DNA of 55,183 nt from a bacterium (GCA_046757025.1 JBHHXN010000015.1:1-55183), one strand, 5' to 3'. Numbered from the stretch's first letter, positions 19,615 through 28,971 are shown. The notes: generated by a model from the letters alone, not told the origin. Numbers and translations are program-made.

Positions 19615-19615
19615 T

Positions 19616-20026
19616 ATGGGCACCGGCGGCACACTCATTCGTTTGATCGATATCGTTTTTATTCTGCTTTTCGGTTTTATTTCCATTTCCGAAATAAACG
19701 AAAAAAGTCAGATTGAGCTGCCCAAAAGCTCGGAAACTCCGCCATCGAACCCGGACAAAGAACAGGTGATTTTCGTGGGCATTCGCCCGGACGGCATCTA
19801 TCTTCTGGAACACGAACAAAAGATGATCGGCGATCCCTTGCAGCTTTTTTCGTACCTGCAAAATAAAGCGGCCCAGGCGGTTGAGCAGGGCACAGAAATT
19901 CGAGTGCGGATTCGATCCAATTTCGATACGCCCATCAAATACACCATGGCCGCTTCGGATATTTGCGATCATTTGAATATCCCAAAAGGCATCGACGTCC
20001 GCCGAACCAGCGGCTTCAGCCGATGA
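19616..20026 (+). CDS. ExbD/TolR family protein 1
   Basis: LIDIVFILLFGF TM with the conserved Asp; IELPKS; VRIRSN. Confidence 0.88.
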   Translation: MGTGGTLIRLIDIVFILLFGFISISEINEKSQIELPKSSETPPSNPDKEQVIFVGIRPDGIYLLEHEQKMIGDPLQLFSYLQNKAAQAVEQGTEIRVRIRSNFDTPIKYTMAASDICDHLNIPKGIDVRRTSGFSR

Positions 20027-20132
20027 TCAGGCCACAAATGGGAAACAACCGCAAGCCTTCTTTTAGAGAAACAGAAGTGTGCGGTTCAAAGCAAACAACT
20101 CATGAATTTGAATAAAAACTAAGGAATAAAAA

Positions 20133-20534
20133 ATGACCAAAGGTGGCATCATCATTCGACTTATCGACGTTGCTATGATCATCCTTTTCGGATTCATTGC
20201 CATCAGCGACATCAAAGTGCGGGCACAGATCAAATTGCCCTCCGACAAGTTAGAGACTGAACCGAAGAACCAGGAAGAGCCCATTTTGATCCGGGTGCAA
20301 ATCAGCGAAACCAATCGCTTTGCTATTAAAGAAAATGATGAAATCCTGATCGAAACAGTCAGCCTGGAGGAATTAGAGGACCGGCTGGCGCTAATTAAAA
20401 ACGAAAACCAGGAAATGGTGGTGCTCATCGAGCCCAACGAAGAGTCGCTCATCCAGAACACGGTTTATGTGCTGGATATTTGTGAGAAACACCGCATTCC
20501 AAAAAACATCAATTACGAAAGTTTGCAGTTCTAA
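20133..20534 (+). CDS. ExbD/TolR family protein 2
   Basis: LIDVAMIILFGF TM with the conserved Asp; IKLPS; VYVLDIC; TAAGGA RBS. Confidence 0.88.
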   Translation: MTKGGIIIRLIDVAMIILFGFIAISDIKVRAQIKLPSDKLETEPKNQEEPILIRVQISETNRFAIKENDEILIETVSLEELEDRLALIKNENQEMVVLIEPNEESLIQNTVYVLDICEKHRIPKNINYESLQF

Positions 20535-21592
20535 TGTATGTGATTTCAAATACAAAATCGAATACGGATAAAATTGTTGCGGCGTTTTTAACTTCCGCCT
20601 TTTTATTTGGATTTTACTTTTTCCTGCAGCGGCAAAAACTACCGCAGGTAAAGCTCAAAACCGACACGTACGAAGAGATCAACTGGTCAAGATTTAAACC
20701 GCAACCCCAAAAAGTCATCGACAAGCCGCAGCCGGTGAAAGTGAAAGAACCGCTGCAAATAGAAAAACCCCCATTGCCGCTACCACAGCCCAAAAGTGTT
20801 GAAAAGATCGATTTGAGCGCTTTAAACAACCTGGCGCTGGCTGATTTAAACCAGCCGAAAAAGTCTTTGAAAAAACCAACCTTAAAAAGTGAACCCTCGC
20901 GCTCGACTTCTGGTGGGCAAATGAAAGTCAATTTAAAAAAATCCCAGATGCTGGCCGGACTCAATATCTTGCTTGACAATTCATCGCGCAAACTTAATAT
21001 CCAATCCCGCGGTCAGCGCGGTAAGAGTCAAAATGCAAGCGGCGTTTTATCGGTGAAATCCGGCCAGGGTCTGGATGTGGGCAATGAAATCAATTACGCA
21101 GGCGGCTCACGCAGCCTGGGCACTCCCGAAGCGAAAACCGTGGGCGGAGGTGATATCCAAATCTCGGAGTTAGATCTGTCAGAGCTCGGTACGGATTACT
21201 CGGATCTGACGCCTGTTTACCGCGCACTGGTGGAGTGGATGAAGCAGCATCCGACCGCTTTTCCAGAAGTGGTTGGCAGGTTCATGGAAAAATCACCTCA
21301 GGATTTGACCTCCATCGTGCAATTCAAAATTGGAAATCGCCAGTTTCAACTATATCTACTGTGCAAAGAGAAATTGTATGAGGTGCGAATTTGTTTGCTG
21401 GAAGGCCATACTTCCACGTACCTCATCGATCGCGGTTTCAAGGAAAAAAGCCGCTTTTTGAGGGTGGGCACCGTGAACCGCAGTCAAACGGGGGCGCCCC
21501 TGGCCTTCAGTACCGTAAGGCAGGCCGCTTCAAACCAACGCACACAACAATTTTATCAGATCTTTCTTTCCTGGTGGGAAAGCGTCAACTGA
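20534..21592 (+). CDS. TonB/TolA-like energy transducer with a non-canonical C-terminal domain
   Basis: Single N-terminal TM, Pro/Lys-rich linker (KPQPQK..PPLPLPQP), Gly/Ser-rich region; start overlaps the exbD stop (TAATG). Confidence 0.65.
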   Translation: MYVISNTKSNTDKIVAAFLTSAFLFGFYFFLQRQKLPQVKLKTDTYEEINWSRFKPQPQKVIDKPQPVKVKEPLQIEKPPLPLPQPKSVEKIDLSALNNLALADLNQPKKSLKKPTLKSEPSRSTSGGQMKVNLKKSQMLAGLNILLDNSSRKLNIQSRGQRGKSQNASGVLSVKSGQGLDVGNEINYAGGSRSLGTPEAKTVGGGDIQISELDLSELGTDYSDLTPVYRALVEWMKQHPTAFPEVVGRFMEKSPQDLTSIVQFKIGNRQFQLYLLCKEKLYEVRICLLEGHTSTYLIDRGFKEKSRFLRVGTVNRSQTGAPLAFSTVRQAASNQRTQQFYQIFLSWWESVN

Positions 21593-21656
21593 ATTGTGTG
21601 CAGGAGTCTTTCCGTCAAATAGCATGGTAAGCATAAATGAATTTTCAGGAGTCAAG

Positions 21657-23186
21657 ATGTTGAACAAAATCATCTGGAAAGGCGTGATCGCCTTCCTGGT
21701 TTTCACCGGCTGCGCTGGTAATTTTTCAACCGCGAAAAAGGGCAAAAGCCGGCTTATGGTTCCCGCCGGTGTCGATTCTTCCGTAGCGATCAAAGCGGAC
21801 TCGCTTTCTAGGAATCTGTTCGTCTCTCTCAACCGCGAAAATCGAGCGGACAACTACAAAGCGCTGGGCGCCCAGAACACCAGCCGCAGCGATACCTTGT
21901 GGAAATATTTATCCAACAAACTGGATCCCTCGATCAAAATTTCTGTGCAGGATTCGCTGGCGGCCATTCGGGCATTCAATAAAGGTGCTTTGAATTTGCA
22001 AAAATTCGCTAAAATGCAACAATCCAGCAAGCCGAGTCAATCCCTGGAGTTGTTTAAATTGGAAACCCTGAAATTGCTGCAAAATGCGCGCAAGTATTTC
22101 GAGCAGGCCCTGATTCTGAATCCCTTTGATTTGGAAACCAAGAGCTGGCTGGCGCGGGTGTACCAAAGTCTGGCAGCGCGATTTTTAGACGACGACAACC
22201 ATGCGCGCGCCATCAAAATTCTGGAAAACCTGCTGCACATAGAAAAGGGCGAGCACGCGCTTTACGGTCGTCTGGCGGAAAGTCACTACGCACTCAAACA
22301 CTGGCAAGCCGCCCATTTTCACTTCCAAAAAGCCGAATCCGTACTGAGAGAAACCGCCGGCCTGGACTTCACGCACAGCGACTACACGCAGGATGTGGCG
22401 CTAGACACCGCCGCCCTGTTTTATTACGTTTACTACCAGGGCGACACGGAAATCAAAATGCATCTGGCGGCTCGCGGTACCAAAAGCCTGCAGCGCGCCC
22501 TGACTTACGCTTCCTCGCAGCAGGAGCGGGACGATATTCTCAGCTACATCGAATGGATCAACTGGGACGACGGCAATGTGGAAGCCGTGGAGCTGCGAGA
22601 CAAATATCTTGCTTTACAGGAGAAGAAAGAGTACGGTCAAGCCGCCAAAGGATTGTTAAGACTCATTCCGAAACTAAAAACCCGCCGCGCTATCGATGAG
22701 ATCGTCTGGCGTCTGGCGGTGCTGGAATATCAGTTTCTCCAGCGTCAGGATGCGGCAATGGAGCGGCTAAAACAGGTGGTCAAACTTGCGTCCAAAGACC
22801 AGAACGGCGCGCCGCTGGATTCTACCTATCAAAAATATTTCGACAGCTACGGCATCATGTGCCACAATTCGGGTCTGGAAAATTACACCAAAAACCGCAA
22901 ATTTGCCTTCATGTATTTTCAGCAAGCCGTGGCCATCGATTGGCGGAGCCGCGCTAAAAGCCATCTTGAAATCGCCAAACTATCGCGCAACAATCCACGC
23001 GCGGTAATTGAAAACTGTCAGCAGGCCCTCAAAGCGCTAAAACAATTGGACCCTAATGAAAAATTGCAAGTTTACCAGCTCATGGTGGAAGCCTTGAAGC
23101 GCACCGGCCAGTTCGATCAGGCGCGCACTTATTACGGGCAATGGATTGGACTCAAAAAAAGCAGCCAAAGGAGTAGCAGAAGATGA
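21657..23186 (+). CDS. TPR-repeat lipoprotein
   Basis: AGGAG RBS; lipobox FTGC; TPR patterns such as ARKYFEQALILNP. Confidence 0.82.
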   Translation: MLNKIIWKGVIAFLVFTGCAGNFSTAKKGKSRLMVPAGVDSSVAIKADSLSRNLFVSLNRENRADNYKALGAQNTSRSDTLWKYLSNKLDPSIKISVQDSLAAIRAFNKGALNLQKFAKMQQSSKPSQSLELFKLETLKLLQNARKYFEQALILNPFDLETKSWLARVYQSLAARFLDDDNHARAIKILENLLHIEKGEHALYGRLAESHYALKHWQAAHFHFQKAESVLRETAGLDFTHSDYTQDVALDTAALFYYVYYQGDTEIKMHLAARGTKSLQRALTYASSQQERDDILSYIEWINWDDGNVEAVELRDKYLALQEKKEYGQAAKGLLRLIPKLKTRRAIDEIVWRLAVLEYQFLQRQDAAMERLKQVVKLASKDQNGAPLDSTYQKYFDSYGIMCHNSGLENYTKNRKFAFMYFQQAVAIDWRSRAKSHLEIAKLSRNNPRAVIENCQQALKALKQLDPNEKLQVYQLMVEALKRTGQFDQARTYYGQWIGLKKSSQRSSRR

Positions 23187-23893
23187 AATTCAGATTCCCA
23201 TTTATTTTCGCCTTTTTGATCTGGTTAGCTCTCATCATTTTATCGGCCAAACTGTTTTCTCAACAAGGCAAAGACATGAAGGTCGATAAGATGTCGGTGC
23301 CGGTGGTGTCCATAAAAGATCGTGCGCTGATCGATTTTTTCATGTTCGAATTTTTTATCGCCGAAACCCTGGTGACACAAATCGACATCATCGACGCCAC
23401 TGGCAACGGTTTTGGGGAAGACGATCTGGTGAAGACCTACCCCTCGCAGGCCATCTACTTTCCTGTACCTTCGGACAGCGCCCAGAAAATCATGAACAGC
23501 TGGCAATTCAAAGCCAATTTTCAAATCGTCAGCGAAAACCGCGAACCCACGGAATTTGAAAATCCGACCAATGCCAACGCCCCGAACGGCATCTTTGCAG
23601 CCATTCTAAAAGGCGTCAATCGCAACTACCGCGATCAGCCCATCAAAATTTTATTCGAACGTGACAAAAATGGCGTGACGTTTGAAATGTGGGGCTATGA
23701 GCCGGCCGCATTGAGCTACACGCCGCCGCCACCGCCGGTGCCTGACTCGGTGGTCACTTACGATTTGGTGCACGTATTTCGAGCGGACACGCTCATCAAA
23801 GCCGACACCACCCTTTACGATTTGATCTATCTGTACAAAACGGTCAGCGACACCGTGTATATCGACAGCAAAACCAAAGCGAATTTGTTTTGA
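23183..23893 (+). CDS. Secreted hypothetical protein, last gene of the operon
   Basis: ATGA overlap, signal peptide, DATGNGFGEDD, poly-Pro, D-T/S-rich beta tail. Confidence 0.8.
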   Translation: MKFRFPFIFAFLIWLALIILSAKLFSQQGKDMKVDKMSVPVVSIKDRALIDFFMFEFFIAETLVTQIDIIDATGNGFGEDDLVKTYPSQAIYFPVPSDSAQKIMNSWQFKANFQIVSENREPTEFENPTNANAPNGIFAAILKGVNRNYRDQPIKILFERDKNGVTFEMWGYEPAALSYTPPPPPVPDSVVTYDLVHVFRADTLIKADTTLYDLIYLYKTVSDTVYIDSKTKANLF

Positions 23894-24222
23894 GAAAAAC
23901 AAAATCACACCGTATGATTTCACCATAGTAAAACTTCAGTCTTGGTGGATTAACTATTCATTCCCAAATAAAATTAGGGAATGAGAATTATAGCCTCCCT
24001 TCATTAGTGTGGTTTTATTCACACTAATGAATTCTCCTTGACTTTAATCTGCAGAATGTTTATTTGATGAAGGAAACATTCTGCATCTTTACACCAATCC
24101 TCGTTTTTACACAACTCTTTAGCTAAAGCCTTTCTGAAAAAAAGAACGAATTTACGGTAGAGTTTGCAGGTCATCTTGACTTCATAATGCAATATAATCA
24201 TTAACTTGAATCGGGAATAGCC

Positions 24223-25233
24223 ATGAGCCCTTTACGATGCAAAATAAAAGGTTATTTTATGCTGTTCCGAGTGCTGCCGGTGATGGTGTGGGCCGTCACT
24301 GGCACGCTGGTGGGAACCTCTCTGGCCTCCATGAAAAATTATGAAATAAACTGGCCAGCTTTTTTGTTAGTACTTTTGATATCAGCTTTGGTGCAGGGCT
24401 ATCCAACACACATAATCAACGAAATTTACGACTGGAAAAGCGGCGCAGATCCGCAAGACCTGCGAGCGAAAAAATCGGGTGGCAGCAAAGTTTTGCAAGC
24501 CCAACTGCTCAGCATTGGCGACTTGTGGTGGGCTTTTGTGATTTCAAACCTGATTTTAGCGGGTCTGGTGTATTGGTGCATTAAAGTTATCGATATCAAA
24601 GCGTTTTACTTTTTCTTTTTGCCGGCGTATTTCAGTGCGCTCTTTTATACGCTGCCGCCTTTTCGGTTTGCCTATCGTCCATTTTTAGGCGAATGGCTGG
24701 GGGGATTTGCCGGCATGTTTGTGCTGGTGGTGGGCAGCTACTATGTGCAAACTTTCAGCGTGAATCTATATGTGATTTTGAGTGCCGTTGGTTTTGGAAT
24801 CATTTTCATCGGCATCATGATCTTTTTCCATTATCTCGACTATGAAAACGATCAACAAGCCGTGCCGGTAAAAAAAACGACGGTGGTTTATTTGGGATTA
24901 GAAGGTAGCAGAAAATATGTGTACTTTTGCCTGGTGGTTTCATTTGTGATCTTAGGAATAACCGTCCTGAAATATGAGTTTAAATTGATACCCCTGCTCG
25001 TTTTATGCAGCGCGGTGGGGTTCGGTCACAGCCGCATAGATTTAAACGACCCCAGCACCATAATTCGCTGGGGTAAATTTGTCACCATGGTGACATTAGC
25101 GGCCAGTCTGGTTCTGGCTGGTCTGGCACAACCGATTTTGCTGTTGATGACGCTGCCAATTAGTGTGAGCTACTGGGCACACAAAAAGTTCGGCAAACTA
25201 AAAACCGTTTCTGTTCAGAAACGAAAAGAATGA
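24223..25233 (+). CDS. UbiA-family prenyltransferase, MenA-like
   Basis: NEIYDWKSGAD, GGS, YTLPPFRFAYRPFLGE, DYEND...KKT; multiple TMs. Confidence 0.85.
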   Translation: MSPLRCKIKGYFMLFRVLPVMVWAVTGTLVGTSLASMKNYEINWPAFLLVLLISALVQGYPTHIINEIYDWKSGADPQDLRAKKSGGSKVLQAQLLSIGDLWWAFVISNLILAGLVYWCIKVIDIKAFYFFFLPAYFSALFYTLPPFRFAYRPFLGEWLGGFAGMFVLVVGSYYVQTFSVNLYVILSAVGFGIIFIGIMIFFHYLDYENDQQAVPVKKTTVVYLGLEGSRKYVYFCLVVSFVILGITVLKYEFKLIPLLVLCSAVGFGHSRIDLNDPSTIIRWGKFVTMVTLAASLVLAGLAQPILLLMTLPISVSYWAHKKFGKLKTVSVQKRKE

Positions 25234-25323
25234 GCAAAACGGCTTCCAGCAAAACCGGATATTCTTTTGGAGAATGAAATTAAATAAACCGCAATTATAA
25301 TTATAAACATAAAGGAGTGTTTA

Positions 25324-26166
25324 ATGAGATCATATAAATTGTTACTTTTTTTAGCCTTAATGATTCCAGCAACCCTGAGTGCTCAGGTGCGCATCAATGA
25401 AGTTTTACTTTCCAGTTCGGGTAACCAGGTGGAGTTAAAGAATTTCGGCGATGTGGCCGTGGATGTTTCCGGTTGGTTTTTGTGTTCGCGATTCAATTAT
25501 CCTGCCATCGCCACCCTCACCGTTCTTAGCGGCTCCAGGACTATCCCCCCAGGCGGATTGTTAGCATTAGGAGGATTAACGCTAAACAATGCTTCCGCCG
25601 ATCTGGGATTATATACCACTAACAGCAACTTTGCTATTCCTGACAATATGGAAGATTTCGTCCAGTGGGGCGGGGCCGGCAACGGACGGGAGTCGGTGGC
25701 AGCGACCAAAGGTATCTGGTCTAGCGGCGACTTTGTGCCCGCCGTGGTAGACGGTCACTCCATCGAGTATGACGGCAGCGGCAATTCCCCGGAGGATTGG
25801 TTCGATCAGGACAATCCAACCATCGGCGCCGAAAATGGCGTAGTGACGGGGGTTGAAGATGAGGTGGTCAACGTACCTTCGCAGTTCAACTTAGAACAAA
25901 ATTACCCCAATCCCTTCAATCCAAGTACGGTAATTCACTACACTTTACCGCAAAACGCGGATTTGACGGCGGTGAAATTGGATGTCTACAACATTCTGGG
26001 GCAAAAGGTCCGCACGCTGGTAAACGAAAACCAATCGGCAGGTCCGCACGCGGTGCTATGGAACGGCAAAGATGATGATGGCAATCTGGTGGCCGGCGGC
26101 ATTTACCTCTACCGATTACAAGCCCGTTCGTTTTCCGCTGTAAAAAAGATGACCTACTTGCGTTAA
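25324..26166 (+). CDS. Lamin-tail-like domain protein with T9SS type-A/FlgD-like CTD
   Basis: VRINEV, VELKNFG..VDVSGWFL; QNYPNPFNP...WNGKD..GIYLY..KKMTYLR. Confidence 0.88.
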   Translation: MRSYKLLLFLALMIPATLSAQVRINEVLLSSSGNQVELKNFGDVAVDVSGWFLCSRFNYPAIATLTVLSGSRTIPPGGLLALGGLTLNNASADLGLYTTNSNFAIPDNMEDFVQWGGAGNGRESVAATKGIWSSGDFVPAVVDGHSIEYDGSGNSPEDWFDQDNPTIGAENGVVTGVEDEVVNVPSQFNLEQNYPNPFNPSTVIHYTLPQNADLTAVKLDVYNILGQKVRTLVNENQSAGPHAVLWNGKDDDGNLVAGGIYLYRLQARSFSAVKKMTYLR

Positions 26167-26214
26167 TGGCAACCAGCCACCTGTCATTATGGCCTTCATG
26201 AAAACACTCAAAAT

Positions 26215-26265
26215 CGCCGACTGTTCAATTGGGCATTTGCAACCGCAGTCGGCGTTATTGTTTTT
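26215..26265 (+). terminator. Putative intrinsic terminator
   Basis: CGCCGACTG...CAGTCGGCG followed by TTATTGTTTTT. Confidence 0.55.
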
Positions 26266-26569
26266 GGAGGGACAGGGAATGGGTTCTCCTGGTTCCCTGC
26301 TGATTGCTAACTATTTAAAATCAAATAGTCTTCTACTCAAATGCGTATCTTCATTTTTCATCCATTTTTAAAAAATCTCTGGCAAATGCAAATCGGATTG
26401 CTTAAATTGTTCAGCCTCGATCAATCTGAGCGTTGATGAACGTAAATTAAAACACAATTATCAAAATTCAGCCATGTCACTCCGCTCTTCAAATAGACCG
26501 AACTGTTTGTAAATTAAACATATACTTCAAATCACAACAACTAATTCGATTTAACAACAGGAGAATATT

Positions 26570-26959
26570 ATGTTTAATATACCATTTAAAAAAGTGGGAT
26601 TCATATTAAGTTTAATGCTGTTTTTTCCCTGGCATTGTTCGAAAGATAAACCTTTAGCCACGATTTTTGAACCAGAGGAACCGCAAGAAAATCGCGAATT
26701 GCAATTCTGGATTTTTAACGATCGATTTGATCCCGTAGCACTCGAAATGTTTGTCGGAGAAAAAGTTACCTGGATAAATAAAGACCATCAGGCCCATACG
26801 GTGGATAGCGGCAGCCCCATGAATCCAACAACCGAATTCAATTCACCTCTGCTCGACCCCAATGGGTCGTACACGCTGTCATTTACGAGAGCAGGGACGT
26901 ATCTTTTTTATTGTTCACGGCACCCAAATGGGAAACAAGGACGCATCACCGTAAAATAA
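26570..26959 (+). CDS. Cupredoxin (plastocyanin/amicyanin-like) lipoprotein 1
   Basis: VGEKVTWINKD..AHTV, GTYLFYCSRHP; signal ending WHC. Confidence 0.88.
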   Translation: MFNIPFKKVGFILSLMLFFPWHCSKDKPLATIFEPEEPQENRELQFWIFNDRFDPVALEMFVGEKVTWINKDHQAHTVDSGSPMNPTTEFNSPLLDPNGSYTLSFTRAGTYLFYCSRHPNGKQGRITVK

Positions 26960-27154
26960 GGTGTTATATCCATGAATTGAATAAACAATCCCGTGGATTC
27001 CTTACTTTGAATGTTGCAACCGAGTCTTTGGAGTACCGTTCCAAAAACGAAACGTGCGTGATTAGTTATCTGTCGCAAAAGGGTTTAACCATCCTGATGG
27101 TACCGTAAGTGATTTTAATCATCCATTCTGATTTGAATATTCTGGAGGAAGAAC

Positions 27155-27520
27155 ATGAAAATCAATTTTAAATGGCTGAGCATTTTGGCGTTGCTGGCTG
27201 TCCTCACCTGGCACTGCGAAGACCTACCCACCGGCGTGGAAACGCGCGGCGACAACGAAGTATGGATTTTCAGCGGTCACTTCGAACCGTCCACATTGAC
27301 CGTCAGCGTGGGCACGCGCGTCACCTGGAAAAACAAAGACAGCGGCACGCATTCGGTGGATCCCGGCACTTTGGGCGCTCCCACAAAAGCTTTCATCGGA
27401 TCACGAAATTTAGACACCAACGATACCTTTTCGGTGACTTTTTCCAACGCAGGTTCGGTGAAGTATTATTGTGCCATCCATCAAAACAACTTAAAAGAAG
27501 GGACGATCATCGTACAATAA
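27155..27520 (+). CDS. Cupredoxin lipoprotein 2
   Basis: VGTRVTWKNKD..THSV, YYCAIH; signal ending WHC; GGAGG RBS. Confidence 0.88.
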   Translation: MKINFKWLSILALLAVLTWHCEDLPTGVETRGDNEVWIFSGHFEPSTLTVSVGTRVTWKNKDSGTHSVDPGTLGAPTKAFIGSRNLDTNDTFSVTFSNAGSVKYYCAIHQNNLKEGTIIVQ

Positions 27521-27625
27521 AATTGTGGAGCGAAATCGAGCCGTCTATATCCGTAACCGAGTTCTGCTCGAAGAATTGCCATTCACTCTGCAGCCGACTC
27601 TCGCTGAACCGTGCCTCGTTCTAAC

Positions 27626-27756
27626 GAGACTGTCGAAAAAGTCAAAATTAAGTGATTCTTCATGCTGAGCGGAGTCGAAGCATGATATAAAAACAACGAG
27701 TTACGGCCTTCGACTCCGCTCAGGCTGAATTAAAAAACAATTTTTTCGACAGTCTC
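27626..27756. mobile_element. 131-bp MITE with 15-bp TIR, AAC target duplication and REP cargo
   Basis: GAGACTGTCGAAAAA...TTTTTCGACAGTCTC; AAC on both flanks; internal 16-bp IR CTGAGCGGAGTCGAAG/CTTCGACTCCGCTCAG. Confidence 0.8.
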
Positions 27757-28044
27757 AACGATTTCCGAATTTACCGCGAAATCCGCATGGCGGTGCTGTC
27801 TTTTCAACACCCCCTGACGAGTGCCCGGGATTTGACAGAGCACCTGTGTGTCTTCATTTCTGGCCGCAATCTAACCCATGCCATAAAAACCCAATCTATC
27901 CGCGTTTAACATGTTGCGTGTCTCCTCAAATGTTTCACAAAGCCATTAGCGCATCCTTGTCTGCCTTAAATTTTTAAATAAAATGCAAAAAAAATTGGCC
28001 TAAGTTGGAATAAAAACTCAGCATTAAAGTATTATACAATTAAA

Positions 28045-28071
28045 TGTAACTTTTATGATCTTCGAAACGTA
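28045..28071 (+). promoter_or_regulatory. Possible ECF-sigma promoter upstream of the TA pair
   Basis: TGTAAC-17 nt-CGTA. Confidence 0.45.
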
Positions 28072-28263
28072 TATAAGCATCGATTGAGCTTGATGATTTT
28101 TTCATCAACGAAAAGTGAGTCTGATCGCAATCCATATTCTGATCAAATCATGCCTGAGTGAATCCAGTTAATCGAACTTTTAAGATAACGAATTCTCATT
28201 TATCAGGCACACATCGATGGGGATTGAATCGACGCTTATAACAAAAATAAATTGGAGTAAGTC

Positions 28264-28530
28264 ATGAGACGTAGAACTTATGCAAAAACAAGTCAAAGAT
28301 TCGTTATGTATATACCAACGAACCTTCGGGAAGAAATCGAAACCTGGGTCAACAAGATGGGTATCACTTTGGCAGAATTCGGCAGAGAAGCCTTTGAAAC
28401 CTATTTAAGCGATAAAAGAAAAGAAGAACGAACCGAACAATTGGTAGAAACCTGCAAAATTTTAGATCAGCATAATGATTCTGTTTTGAAAGAGTGGTCT
28501 TCACTTGAACAAGAGTCCTGGCCTGCATGA
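28264..28530 (+). CDS. Ribbon-helix-helix antitoxin (CopG/MazE-like)
   Basis: RFVMYIPTNLREEIETWVNKMGITLAEFGREAF RHH pattern, acidic tail, ATGA overlap with the toxin. Confidence 0.8.
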   Translation: MRRRTYAKTSQRFVMYIPTNLREEIETWVNKMGITLAEFGREAFETYLSDKRKEERTEQLVETCKILDQHNDSVLKEWSSLEQESWPA

Positions 28531-28883
28531 ACACGTACAAATACGGCGACATCGTCACCGTTCGAGTCAACAACCATTCCGAAACTAACCAGAAGGGCGG
28601 CACCCGTAACGCCGTCATCGTATCTGCAGACGTCATAAACGATATCCTGCAGACCGTCATCGTTTGTCCGATTATCGCCTCCAAAGGCGTATCCGATACC
28701 CGGATTGGCGCCACCTTTATTCCTAAAAATGTCGGGGGTCTGGAGCGCGATGGTCTGGCATTTTCACTACAAATCAAAACCATCCACAAAGATCGCATCG
28801 TTCAACGAATCGGCTCATTACCCATGGAGTATTTGTACCAAATCAAGGAAAGCTTGCAGGCTGTGCTTGATTTAGACGAATAA
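28527..28883 (+). CDS. mazF: PemK/MazF family endoribonuclease toxin
   Basis: GDIVTV, GTRNAVIVS..N, TVIVCPI, QIKTIHKDRI..RIGSL. Confidence 0.88.
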   Translation: MNTYKYGDIVTVRVNNHSETNQKGGTRNAVIVSADVINDILQTVIVCPIIASKGVSDTRIGATFIPKNVGGLERDGLAFSLQIKTIHKDRIVQRIGSLPMEYLYQIKESLQAVLDLDE

Positions 28884-28971
28884 ATTTCCTACCTTTCGTT
28901 ATCTTTTCCAGCGCACATTTAAAATCGTTAACTTTTATTCAGATTCTCCAATTGCCGACGATTATTTAATG

